Part shown: positions 19,994 to 28,642 of the stretch, one piece after another
How the letters are laid out: the number at the start of each line of letters is the position of its first letter
Numbering within the stretch: position 1 is the first letter of the stretch
The notes under the pieces: generated by a model
Told to the model about the DNA's origin: nothing
The model's database searches: none
Seen by the model: only the letters and a program-made list of their open reading frames with translations
Translations under genes and position numbers: made by a program
Source: an uncultured Alphaproteobacteria bacterium
Lineage (GTDB): Bacteria > Pseudomonadota > Alphaproteobacteria > SHVP01
Length of the DNA: 64,000 nt
Assembly (NCBI GenBank): GCA_964350495.1
Contig: CAYGKG010000004.1
Coordinates: 1,900 to 65,899, forward strand
Direction of reading: 5' to 3'

Positions 19994-20023
19994 CTGCTCT
20001 CCCTGCGTTACTTGCCGGCCGGA

Positions 20024-23000
20024 CTACCGCCGATCCAGAACCGACCGCACGCGCCTTGCTAACGCCGATTTGCTGTAGGGCTTCGATAACAGTTCGATGC
20101 CCGGTCGCAAAGCCCCATGTTCCAGCAAGGCATCCCCCGAATAGCCCGACATGAAAAGTACCTTTATCCCCGGAAAGAGGCGTTTGATCTCCTCCGAAAC
20201 GACCGGTCCCGACATCCCTTTTGGCAAGACGACGTCGGTTAACAATAGGTCCAAGTCGTCGATGTCTGCTGCTACGGTGACCGCTGTGGGGCCGTCGCCA
20301 GCCTGAATCACTTGGTAGCCCAGGGATGATAGTGCAGCGACTGCAATTTCGCGAACATCCGGGTCGTCCTCAACGACCAGTATTCTTTCGGTGCCGAGCG
20401 GTAGATCTGTCGCGGGGCTGTCCCGTGGTGCTTCGGCTCGTGTGTGCTCGGGCGCTACGGGCAGATATAGCCTGACCGTGGTTCCCGCCCCCTCCTCGCT
20501 ATCGATCTCAAAACGGCCGCCTGACTGCCGCGCAAATCCGTACACCATACTGAGACCAAGACCGGTGCCGGAGCCCGCCGGTTTCGTCGTGTAGAACGGC
20601 TCGATGGCGCGACTCAAGACATCGGCCGACATGCCACTGCCCTCGTCGGTGACTTCGATGAGGACGAAGGGTAGGCCTTCCAGATCGGATGGTCGGGCGG
20701 TCAACCAAAGACGTCCACCGTCGGGCATCGCGTCGCGCGCGTTGACCGCCAGATTGAGGAGGGCGTTTTCGAGTTGATTGCGGTCGACAAGGGTAGGCGG
20801 CACGTTCGCGGCGCTTGCCAGGATCTCGACCTTCTCGCCTAGGGTGCGTTTCATCAATTGGACGAGGTCGATGAAGAGCCGATCGATCCGTACGCTTTCA
20901 GGTCGAAGCGCCTGTTTTCGGGAGAATGCGAGGAGGCGCTGCGTGAAGCCCGCGCCTCGCCGGGCCGCCTTGATCGACGATGCCAAGAAGCGCTCCGCAT
21001 CGTCATCTGATTGCTCTTTGGTCTGTAGCAACTCCAAGTTGCCGATAATCACCGTTAGCAGGTTGTTGAAGTCGTGTGCGATCCCGCCGGTAAGCTGACC
21101 CACTGCGTCCATCTTCTGAGCTTGCCGAAGCTGGACTTCCGCTGCGCGTTGGCTCGTTACATCGGCATTGATGCTGCCGATGCCGATGAGATCGGCGTCG
21201 CGATTCTGCACCGGGAAAAGCGAAGAGAAGATTCGGCGGGCATCTCCGTCAACAAGGACATGCTCGCTTTCGAACTGATGAATACCCCCAGCACTCAACA
21301 CCGCAGGCAGCGCTCGTCCCTCGTCGTCGAGGCCGATTTGGTCGAGGGTCAGGCCAACAATTGAATCCGTGTGGCCCTGCGAGAATAACTTCTCCGCCGG
21401 CCGGTTTGCCGATTGAATGCGTCCCTCCGCGTTTGCGAACAGAATCGCGTTGGGTGAATTGTCGACCAACGCGGAGAACTGCCCAACGCTGCGGCTCGCT
21501 GCGGCGGCAACTTCCTTTTGCTCGGTAAGATCTTCGACCAGTTCGAAGTGTCCAAGAATCGCCCCTTCGGGTGATGTATGGGGCGCGAAAATCGCCTTAA
21601 TGTCCCGCGTCCGACCGTCGGGATACCGAATTCGCGTCTCCACTTGCTTTTCTTCGCCGGCCGCAGCCGCGGCCTCGATCGTGGAAGCGAGCTTAGCCAA
21701 CTCCGGCCCTAGAATTTCCGTCGCCGTCCGACCGATGATTTCGTGCTGTTCGGCGCCATACCATGCAGCACAGGTGGCGTTGACAAAGCGATACCGGGAG
21801 TCCGCGCCAACGTACGCGATCAGGACGGGAAGCGAATCGGTAACCAACCGCATCTGATCGCGGCTTTGGCGCGTCGCCTCCTCGCGCCGGATGGCGTCGG
21901 TGACGTCGGTGGCAACCGACATCAACCCGCCCTCGCGCGTCGATACATTGCGAACCTGAATGATCCGTCCGTTCCGGGTGCCAACGATTTCCGGTTTGCC
22001 GTCGGCGCGTGCGTGGCGCCGGAGGATACGCTCCAATATTTCGGTCGCGTTTGAGTCGGGGTCGCCGATGAGTCCGAGCTGCGCCGCCTCCTTTAGGGCG
22101 TCGTGGCGGGATCGGCCGGGCTCGAAAATCGCTCTCGTTCCCGGGTAGATATCGACGAACCGATCATTGAACAGAACGATCCGATCGGCGGAGTCATACA
22201 GAATGATGCCCTGTTCCATGCTGAAGACCGCATCCTCAAGGCGTCCGTAGGCTTCCTGCGCCGAGCGCTCGGCTTCCTTGAGTTGGGTTACATCGGAGAA
22301 AATGAACGCAGTGTTCTTGCGTGCAGTCCGGTTCCGCCGGATTTGAACCCAACGGCCGTCCGCGAGGTGGGCGACGGTCTCGGTGCTTCCTTCGATCGTT
22401 CGCTGGAGAATGGTTGTCCAGTTCTTGCCTTTGTCGCCGGTTGCGTCGACGGGCTGCGCGCCCGCGGCCAGGAGTTCCGGGAGAGCGGCGCCGCGGAGGA
22501 GGCGATCTTCCCCGATCCCGAGTATTTGCCCGAACGGGCGGTTCCACATCATGAGGCGGTTTTGTTCGTCGAAAAGCGCGAAACCGTCGGCGTTGTCGGA
22601 AAGATCGAGCCATTCTTGGCGCTCTTCGTTGAACTGGTCGGTTAGGGCGCTGCTCAGCGCGTGGGCGTCGGTCTCGCGGACAAGCGCGTCATACACTGCC
22701 CGTGCGGACGACAGCATGCCGATGCATAGCACCAGTTCGAGAACGGAAAGGCCCAGGAAGGCGATGTCGGTCTGAAAGGCGAAATAGACTGCCGTGGGGA
22801 CGAGACTTAGGCCGATAAAGAGCGCCGCGGCTCCGGGCAGCGCTGCAAGCGTCGTGGCGCCGCCAATCGCCATCGCGGCGACCACAACGAGGATGGCGAC
22901 CTGTAGCGGCGGGGCCGCAAAGGGGAAGAAAAGAACCGTCGATCCCCACAACGCACCGGACAGGCCGGCCCAAAGGTGGGCACGGATAAGGAACTTTCGG

Positions 23001-23260
23001 GAGGCCGGCCGGACATGGCGCGCGGCGCGGCGCCGGAACCAGTTGATGTAAAGAAACCCAGCGCTCGCGAGGTGAAGAACCACCCAAGGTACTGTCAGGT
23101 AGAGCGGAACCGATCTGCTCAGAAGGATCCACAACGTGCCGGCGGTGACCGCGGTAATGATCGCGTTCTTCGGGGTTTGGCGGACGAATGCATCGACCCG
23201 AATCGGGTTGACGCGTGGATCGCTACGACGCCAGAACCGCGGCAATCTGAGAAGGCTCAT
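20024..23260 (-). CDS. Hybrid sensor histidine kinase (polytopic N-terminal membrane domain, multiple PAS domains, HisKA/HATPase, C-terminal REC)
   Basis: 1078 aa. About 6 N-terminal TM helices, several PAS-like segments, the H-box HDFNNLLTVIIGNLELL, G-boxes (GSGTGLGLSMVYGF), and a C-terminal receiver (ILVVEDDPDVREIAV...DLLLTDVVLP). Confidence 0.85.
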   Translation of the reverse strand: MSLLRLPRFWRRSDPRVNPIRVDAFVRQTPKNAIITAVTAGTLWILLSRSVPLYLTVPWVVLHLASAGFLYINWFRRRAARHVRPASRKFLIRAHLWAGLSGALWGSTVLFFPFAAPPLQVAILVVVAAMAIGGATTLAALPGAAALFIGLSLVPTAVYFAFQTDIAFLGLSVLELVLCIGMLSSARAVYDALVRETDAHALSSALTDQFNEERQEWLDLSDNADGFALFDEQNRLMMWNRPFGQILGIGEDRLLRGAALPELLAAGAQPVDATGDKGKNWTTILQRTIEGSTETVAHLADGRWVQIRRNRTARKNTAFIFSDVTQLKEAERSAQEAYGRLEDAVFSMEQGIILYDSADRIVLFNDRFVDIYPGTRAIFEPGRSRHDALKEAAQLGLIGDPDSNATEILERILRRHARADGKPEIVGTRNGRIIQVRNVSTREGGLMSVATDVTDAIRREEATRQSRDQMRLVTDSLPVLIAYVGADSRYRFVNATCAAWYGAEQHEIIGRTATEILGPELAKLASTIEAAAAAGEEKQVETRIRYPDGRTRDIKAIFAPHTSPEGAILGHFELVEDLTEQKEVAAAASRSVGQFSALVDNSPNAILFANAEGRIQSANRPAEKLFSQGHTDSIVGLTLDQIGLDDEGRALPAVLSAGGIHQFESEHVLVDGDARRIFSSLFPVQNRDADLIGIGSINADVTSQRAAEVQLRQAQKMDAVGQLTGGIAHDFNNLLTVIIGNLELLQTKEQSDDDAERFLASSIKAARRGAGFTQRLLAFSRKQALRPESVRIDRLFIDLVQLMKRTLGEKVEILASAANVPPTLVDRNQLENALLNLAVNARDAMPDGGRLWLTARPSDLEGLPFVLIEVTDEGSGMSADVLSRAIEPFYTTKPAGSGTGLGLSMVYGFARQSGGRFEIDSEEGAGTTVRLYLPVAPEHTRAEAPRDSPATDLPLGTERILVVEDDPDVREIAVAALSSLGYQVIQAGDGPTAVTVAADIDDLDLLLTDVVLPKGMSGPVVSEEIKRLFPGIKVLFMSGYSGDALLEHGALRPGIELLSKPYSKSALARRVRSVLDRR

Positions 23261-23331
23261 GGTCGCAAATACTGAAGGGTGGCCCCCGGAATAGCCAGCG
23301 GGATTGGGTTTTTCCGGGTCCGCTAGCGGGA

Positions 23332-24126
23332 CTAGGGCCGTGCGTCGAGCAAGCAGTCGTCCTTGCCCGGAACAATCGCGGTGAAATCGCGGCCGGCATG
23401 GTATTCTGCCCGGGCGAACGTGGTTTGCGGGTTCTCCACGGAGTTGACGTTGACGTAAAATAGGGCGCGCCGTCGCGGCGAAATATTCGCGCTCGAGCCG
23501 TGGACAAGGTTGCAGTGCATGAACAAGACTGAACCGGCTGTCCCCATACCGGCGGCGATGCCCCCTTTATCGACCATCGTCCGGAGTAGCCCGCCGCTCA
23601 ACTTCATGAGGACGTTGCCGGTGGCATCTTTGACCGGTTCGAAATCGTCGATCAGCCCCTCCTTGTGGGAACCGGGGATATACAATAACGGCCCGTTGGT
23701 GGCGTCCATGTCGTCGAGAAAAACGGCGATCATCATGGCGCGGGGTCGCGGCAGGCCGTCGACCTTGTGCCAAGTCGAGTAGTCTTGGTGCCAGTCGAAT
23801 CCGCCCGTTCCAAGGCCGGCGTTAAAATTCAACCGAGATTGGTGAACATAGAGGCCCGATCCGATCAGTTGCGCAGCTGGGCCGATCAAGCGTGGGTGTC
23901 GGCAGAGCTCCCGAAAGGTGTCGTCGTAGCTGTGGGCGCCGTGGACCATGCGGGCTGTCGAACCGGTAAATTCCGGCGTCACGTTCGGTCGCTTTTCGGC
24001 GCTCACGCGCTCCGCTGCCGCACGCAGGACGGCAACTTCCGGCGTGCTGAAAACCCCTTCGATGAGAAGCGCGCCGTCGGTTTGGTAGGCGGCAATTTGG
24101 CTTTCGTTCAGCATGCTAAACCCCAT
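23332..24126 (-). CDS. Phytanoyl-CoA dioxygenase (PhyH)-family Fe(II)/2-oxoglutarate oxygenase, ectoine-hydroxylase-like
   Basis: The motif FDWHQDYSTWHKVDGLP resembles the EctD/PhyH iron-binding signature (WHSDFETWHxEDG). The distal His lies in HCNLVHGSSAN. Confidence 0.7.
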   Translation of the reverse strand: MGFSMLNESQIAAYQTDGALLIEGVFSTPEVAVLRAAAERVSAEKRPNVTPEFTGSTARMVHGAHSYDDTFRELCRHPRLIGPAAQLIGSGLYVHQSRLNFNAGLGTGGFDWHQDYSTWHKVDGLPRPRAMMIAVFLDDMDATNGPLLYIPGSHKEGLIDDFEPVKDATGNVLMKLSGGLLRTMVDKGGIAAGMGTAGSVLFMHCNLVHGSSANISPRRRALFYVNVNSVENPQTTFARAEYHAGRDFTAIVPGKDDCLLDARP

Positions 24127-24137
24127 AGCGGTCCAAG

Positions 24138-24214
24138 TGGCGCGCCCGGCAGGATTCGAACCTGCGACCCCAGGATTAGGAATCCTGTGCTCTATCCTAC
24201 TGAGCTACGGGCGC
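24138..24214 (-). tRNA. tRNA-Arg (anticodon CCT), with encoded CCA
   Basis: The reverse complement reads GCGCCCGTAGCTCAGTAGGATAGAGCACAGGATTCCTAATCCTGGGGTCGCAGGTTCGAATCCTGCCGGGCGCGCCA. This gives a cloverleaf with a D-arm (AGCTCAGT.GGATAGAGC), anticodon loop TTCCTAA and T-arm (GGTTCGAATCC). Confidence 0.9.
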
Positions 24215-24339
24215 TCGCCTCCGTTCTAGGATGGGCCCCTTTGGGCGTCAACGTGTTGGGACTAAGATGCCACCGGTTGGCGGCGGCCGGTTAGGCTAGG
24301 CTGCGGGTGGGCGACATAGTTTGGTATTTGGAGGCAAAA

Positions 24340-25803
24340 ATGATTGGTCGCCGCATACGGGCCGGATTCGGTGTATTGGCGGTGCTTGCGCTCGCGGCGA
24401 GCGGTTGCTCGACCAATCCAGCAACGGGCGAGTCGGCGTTCACGCTGTTTATGCCGCCGTCCGACGAAATTCGCGTTGGGGCTCAGGAACATCCCAAGAT
24501 TCTCGAGCGGTTTGGCGGCGTCTACGACGACCCCGAGGTGGGCGGCTATATCGCAGAGGTTGGGGGGCGCCTGGTTGCCAACTCGGAGATGCCGTCGTTT
24601 CCGTTCACTTTCACCGTTCTGAATTCGCCCGACGTAAACGCCTTTGCGCTACCGGGCGGCTATGTTTACGTCACGCGCGGATTGCTTGCGCTGGCGAACA
24701 GCGAGGCGGAGCTTGCTGGCGTTATCGGCCATGAGATTGGCCACGTGGTTGCCCGCCACACCGCGCAACGGTACAGCCAAGCCGTCGTCGCAGGACTAGG
24801 CGCGGCATTGCTTGGTGCCGCGGTTGGCGGCGACGCCGAGCAATTGGCCCAGCTCGGCAGCGAGCTCTACTTGGCGAGCTTCTCACGCGATCAGGAATAT
24901 CAGGCCGACCAACTCGGCGTCCGTTACTTAAGGAATGCCGGGTATCAACCGGGCGCGATGGCAGGGTTCCTCGGGAACCTTGCCCGCAACAAAGCACTCC
25001 AAGAGAAACTGTTGGACGAGAATCTGCCGGAATCGGATTTCTTCGCGACACATCCCAATACACCGGATCGCATCTCCCGGGCGGCCGCGCTGGCGGTCGG
25101 TTTGCAGGGCGCGATACGGGAGGATGAATTGTTCGGTGCGATTTCGGGCCTAGTGTACGGCGATGACCCTGCCCAAGGTCTTGTTCGCGGTCGCCGATTT
25201 TCGCATGCCGACCTGGGGCTGACCTTTGAGGCCCCGCCAGGCTTTCGGTTAATCAATACTGAGCAAGCGGTGTATGTGCGCCAAAAAAATGCGGCGGTCG
25301 TACGCTTCGATGCCGCGCGCCGGGACGAATCCCATCCCGACCCTTTGGTCTACTTGACCCAGATTTGGGCCCCCGACTTGCGCCTGCGAGAAGCAGAGCG
25401 AATTGTCGTCAATGGTCTGCCGGCGGCGACCGCATCTGCCCAGGTGTCCGGTAAACTTGACGATTATCGCGGACCGCTCAGCGCCCGATTCGTGGTGGTC
25501 CAATTCCCGGGCAACAAACTCTATCGCCTATTCTTCTTGTCGCCGCCGGGGCGGGAGGCCGCCCTGCGCGACGATTTCCAGAGAATGACGTTTTCCTTGC
25601 GACCGCTGACGCGGGAGGAGGCCGCCGGTTTGGTCCCCTTGACTGTAGAAATTCTCCAAGTGCCGCCGGGCGCAACCACGGAAACGCTCGCAGCAGGTTT
25701 GCCGTTTGCCGATCTGAAAGTTGAGCGGTTCCGGGTGTTGAACGGCTTCGACCCAGGCGAAGAGCCGCGGTCCGGGCAAAAGGTCAAGATTATCGCGGAG
25801 TAG
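24340..25803 (+). CDS. M48-family zinc metalloprotease lipoprotein with a C-terminal LysM-like domain
   Basis: Lipoprotein signal with lipobox (MIGRRIRAGFGVLAVLALAASGC). HExxH motif in GHEIGHVVARH. The C-terminal ~50 aa fits a LysM pattern (LQVPPGATTETLAAGLPFADLKVERFRVLNGFDPGEEPRSGQKVKII). Confidence 0.75.
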   Translation: MIGRRIRAGFGVLAVLALAASGCSTNPATGESAFTLFMPPSDEIRVGAQEHPKILERFGGVYDDPEVGGYIAEVGGRLVANSEMPSFPFTFTVLNSPDVNAFALPGGYVYVTRGLLALANSEAELAGVIGHEIGHVVARHTAQRYSQAVVAGLGAALLGAAVGGDAEQLAQLGSELYLASFSRDQEYQADQLGVRYLRNAGYQPGAMAGFLGNLARNKALQEKLLDENLPESDFFATHPNTPDRISRAAALAVGLQGAIREDELFGAISGLVYGDDPAQGLVRGRRFSHADLGLTFEAPPGFRLINTEQAVYVRQKNAAVVRFDAARRDESHPDPLVYLTQIWAPDLRLREAERIVVNGLPAATASAQVSGKLDDYRGPLSARFVVVQFPGNKLYRLFFLSPPGREAALRDDFQRMTFSLRPLTREEAAGLVPLTVEILQVPPGATTETLAAGLPFADLKVERFRVLNGFDPGEEPRSGQKVKIIAE

Positions 25804-25815
25804 GGCAGGAGAGCG

Positions 25816-26619
25816 TCATGCTTCGAGCCATTCGGTGGCCGATCCGTCGGTAAGGAAGCAGGCTGCGGCGAGACGTCCCCCGAAACCGCATCCGGCATCG
25901 ACGGTTGCAGTCCATTGATTCATCGCTAAGCCGGCATGGCGCCGATCGTAGCCACGGACGATCATCTTGACGTCGCCATACGGCGCATCGATTGCGCTGA
26001 AATATCCCGATCCCCACCAAAAAGTATCGCCCTGTTGGGACAAGGGACGGTGGGGGTCGATGCCGGCATGGACAAAGAGAAGCCGCCCGTTTTCGGTGAA
26101 GGCTGCCCGCTTCACGCTATTGAGAAGGTCGTCGTGACCGGGACGGCGCTGGGCACTGGTCCGGAGAGCATTGGTCCAGCGGGTAATTGCGATGGCGCCC
26201 TCGCCAAGCAACGTGCGGGCTTCGTCGGCGCGACCGCCGTAGGCTTGAAGGGTGGCCTCGACTCCCTGCTGCATCATCCATTCGAAGACCTCCCGTGGAT
26301 TGGGGGCGAACTGGATCTGAAGCAGCTTGTTCCACATTTCCTCTTGCGAGCCACGCAGGTACACGAAGTCGCCGGATTCCATCCCTGGGGCAAACACCGA
26401 ACGCCGAAAGGCCAAAACCTCGTCAAGCGTCTCAAGAATACTGTCGCCGTAACCGAGCAGGTTGCCGAGGTAAACAAAGCGGTCGCCACGCTGGGTCCGC
26501 GTCGCGATCTCGCTATGAAGTTTTTTCAATTTTTCGGCGTCGCCATGAATGGCGCCGATTGCCCAGACGCGCCGGACCGCCGTCAGTTTCCCGTAGACGT
26601 CACTGTCGACGTCAATCAT
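25816..26619 (-). CDS. Metallophosphoesterase (calcineurin-like Ser/Thr phosphatase/ApaH-like)
   Basis: Calcineurin-like metal-ligand motifs are present (IGAIHGD, GNLLGYGD, and later His-containing motifs). Confidence 0.7.
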   Translation of the reverse strand: MIDVDSDVYGKLTAVRRVWAIGAIHGDAEKLKKLHSEIATRTQRGDRFVYLGNLLGYGDSILETLDEVLAFRRSVFAPGMESGDFVYLRGSQEEMWNKLLQIQFAPNPREVFEWMMQQGVEATLQAYGGRADEARTLLGEGAIAITRWTNALRTSAQRRPGHDDLLNSVKRAAFTENGRLLFVHAGIDPHRPLSQQGDTFWWGSGYFSAIDAPYGDVKMIVRGYDRRHAGLAMNQWTATVDAGCGFGGRLAAACFLTDGSATEWLEA

Positions 26620-26714
26620 GCCGGTGCGGCGCCGCTCGATGCGGTGCGGCCGCTCTTGGGCGTTGTTTCGAATCTTGGGCTAGTCGACATTGCACAGTGC
26701 CGCAGCCTGCCACG

Positions 26715-27542
26715 CTATGCTGCCTGGAGGACTGCCTGCAACCGTTCCTGAGCCGCATCCTCGTCGATCTTCTCGACTGCGGCGACCTCGCGGACCAAGC
26801 GATCAAGCGCAGCCTCGTAGATTTGTCGCTCGCTGTAGGATTGTTCGGGCTGGTTGGCATTTCGGTGGAGGTCTCTAACCACTTCGGCGATGGAAATCGG
26901 ATCGCCGGAATTGATCTTGGCTTCGTATTCCTGTGCCCGTCGGCTCCACATCGTCCGTTTGACCCGTGCGCGGCCCTTGAGCGTCGTCATGGCGTCTTCC
27001 ATGACCTTTGGGGTGGCGAGTTTCCTCATCCCCGTAGTGTCTACCTTTGCGACCGGAACCCGCAAAATCATTTTGTCCTTGTCGAACTCGACGACAAACA
27101 TCTCCAAATGAATACCGGAGATCTCTTTGTCCTCGATCGCTGTGATCTTTCCTACACCGTGGGTGGGATAGACCACGAAGTCGTTGACCGCGAAGGGTAG
27201 TTTGCGCTTTGCCTTGTCGGCTTTCACTGGCGTCACATTGGCTCCGGTTCGGGGCGGGGTCGGTTGCGGGCTTGGCGGTTTCTTGGGTGCACTCGGGGCA
27301 GCTTTTTTTGGGATGGCTTTTGGCGCGGCCTTCGGGGCCGGTCGCTTTGCCGCGGTGGGTGTCGTTTTCGGTCTGGCGGCGGGCTTCTTCTTTTTGGATG
27401 CGGCAGCGTTGGCCGGTTTCGATTTTGGCGGGCTCGGCTTTTTCTTTGTTGAAGCTGCCTTTTTCTTGGGTGCAGCTGGTTTCTTTTTTGCCGCCTTCTT
27501 CTTGCTTCCTGCCATCTCTCGGCCCCATTCAGTGCGCGGCAC
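26715..27542 (-). CDS. cdnL: CarD/CdnL-family RNAP-binding transcription regulator with a Lys/Ala/Pro-rich N-terminal extension
   Basis: The C-terminal ~165 aa is a canonical CdnL (FAVNDFVVYPTHGVGKITAIEDKEISGIHLEMFVVEF... plus a C-terminal helical domain). The N-terminal ~110 aa is MAGSKKKAAKKKPAAPKKKAASTKKKPSPPKSKPANAAASKKKKPAARPK..., resembling a histone-H1 tail. It lies downstream of fdxA, as is typical in alphaproteobacteria. Confidence 0.8.
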   Translation of the reverse strand: MPRTEWGREMAGSKKKAAKKKPAAPKKKAASTKKKPSPPKSKPANAAASKKKKPAARPKTTPTAAKRPAPKAAPKAIPKKAAPSAPKKPPSPQPTPPRTGANVTPVKADKAKRKLPFAVNDFVVYPTHGVGKITAIEDKEISGIHLEMFVVEFDKDKMILRVPVAKVDTTGMRKLATPKVMEDAMTTLKGRARVKRTMWSRRAQEYEAKINSGDPISIAEVVRDLHRNANQPEQSYSERQIYEAALDRLVREVAAVEKIDEDAAQERLQAVLQAA

Positions 27543-27734
27543 TGCCTGCCAGCCGCAGCCGGATCTCCGTTAGGGACTTACCCCGGGAGAGCCTGTGTCC
27601 TGCATTGGGAGGCACGAGAAGCCGCGAATCCGATCCTCAGATCGCTGGATGTACCACAGAAGGCAGTTCAGTGCCACGTCCGGGCCTGCGCTGCACGCCT
27701 AGCGGAATGCAGCGTGGGCCGCAATCGGGGTCGT

Positions 27735-28070
27735 TCAGGAGCCGCCCGGATTGGCTGAGAAGTATTTATCGAATTTTCCAGCAGCACCGCGGAAATCGGC
27801 TTCATCTGCCGGAACGTCGCCTTTTTGGGTGATATTCGGCCATTTCGCCGAATATTCCGTGTTGAGTTCGATCCAGGGTTTGGACTGGTCGTCGGTGTCG
27901 GGGAGAATCGCCTCAACCGGGCACTCGGGCTCGCAGACCCCGCAGTCGATGCACTCGTCGGGGTTGATGACCAGCATCACCTCGCCCTCGTAGAAGCAGT
28001 CCACCGGGCATACCTCGACACAATCTTGCAACTTGCACTTAATGCAGGCGTCGTTAACTACGTACGTCAT
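27735..28070 (-). CDS. fdxA: 7Fe ferredoxin ([3Fe-4S][4Fe-4S], FdxA type)
   Basis: [29 protein letters not shown]...[16 protein letters not shown] carries both Cys clusters of Azotobacter-type FdxA. Confidence 0.9.
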   Translation of the reverse strand: MTYVVNDACIKCKLQDCVEVCPVDCFYEGEVMLVINPDECIDCGVCEPECPVEAILPDTDDQSKPWIELNTEYSAKWPNITQKGDVPADEADFRGAAGKFDKYFSANPGGS

Positions 28071-28152
28071 CTCTTGTTCTCCACGCTGACGACGGCAGAG
28101 CCTAACCGAGACCGATCCGGCGTGCCATAGTTTTTGAACCTTAGATCGATCT

Positions 28153-28611
28153 TCACTTGAGGCCGAGGCGCTGGCGAACGCGGAGCCGGGCGCTGCCCGA
28201 TTCTTGATCGGTCACGTAGATGAGTCCGGCGACGCGACGCATTAGGTTCGCCTCAAACGCGTGCTCCTCGCCGTCGGCGAAGACGACTTCCCAAAGCATC
28301 TCGAGAAGCGCGATTCGCTCCTCATGACCGGTGTGTTCTTTGATGTCGCGGGTGAAACGAAGGATTTGATTGGTATTCTCTTCCGCCGCGCGCGCGTCCT
28401 CAAGCAATGTCTTGAGGTCCGCCTGATTCAGATCGAAGCGCCGGACCAGGAGGTCGGCGATAACCTGTTCTTCGGCGGGCTCGATTTCCCCGTCGAGTGC
28501 CGCAGCGTGGAAGAGCAAGGCGGCAATGGCGATCTGTCGCGCCTCCGGATTGTCGCTCATCTCTTTCGATGGGGAGGGAGCCTCGAAGAGGCGGCGGAGG
28601 CGATCAAGCAT
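28153..28611 (-). CDS. TerB-like (tellurite-resistance TerB family) protein
   Basis: 152-aa helical protein with paired acidic TerB-like motifs ([20 protein letters not shown] and [18 protein letters not shown]). Confidence 0.6.
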   Translation of the reverse strand: MLDRLRRLFEAPSPSKEMSDNPEARQIAIAALLFHAAALDGEIEPAEEQVIADLLVRRFDLNQADLKTLLEDARAAEENTNQILRFTRDIKEHTGHEERIALLEMLWEVVFADGEEHAFEANLMRRVAGLIYVTDQESGSARLRVRQRLGLK

Positions 28612-28642
28612 GGCGCGGTGGTATCAGCCCACCGGATGAAGA

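Noticed and set aside
24138-24214. A tRNA-Arg-associated genomic island or prophage.
   Set aside because: No integrase, recombinase, phage or transposase genes are visible on either side. Flanking genes (two-component system, M48 protease) look chromosomal. This is kept only as a low-level possibility within the signalling-cluster finding.
26187-27573. Plus-strand ORFs (337 aa, 207 aa, 129 aa) overlapping the metallophosphoesterase and cdnL loci.
   Set aside because: Their translations are Arg/Cys/Gly-rich nonsense or Gly/Ala/Phe repeats, the mirror of the Lys/Ala/Pro codon repeats. The minus-strand genes have clear family motifs.
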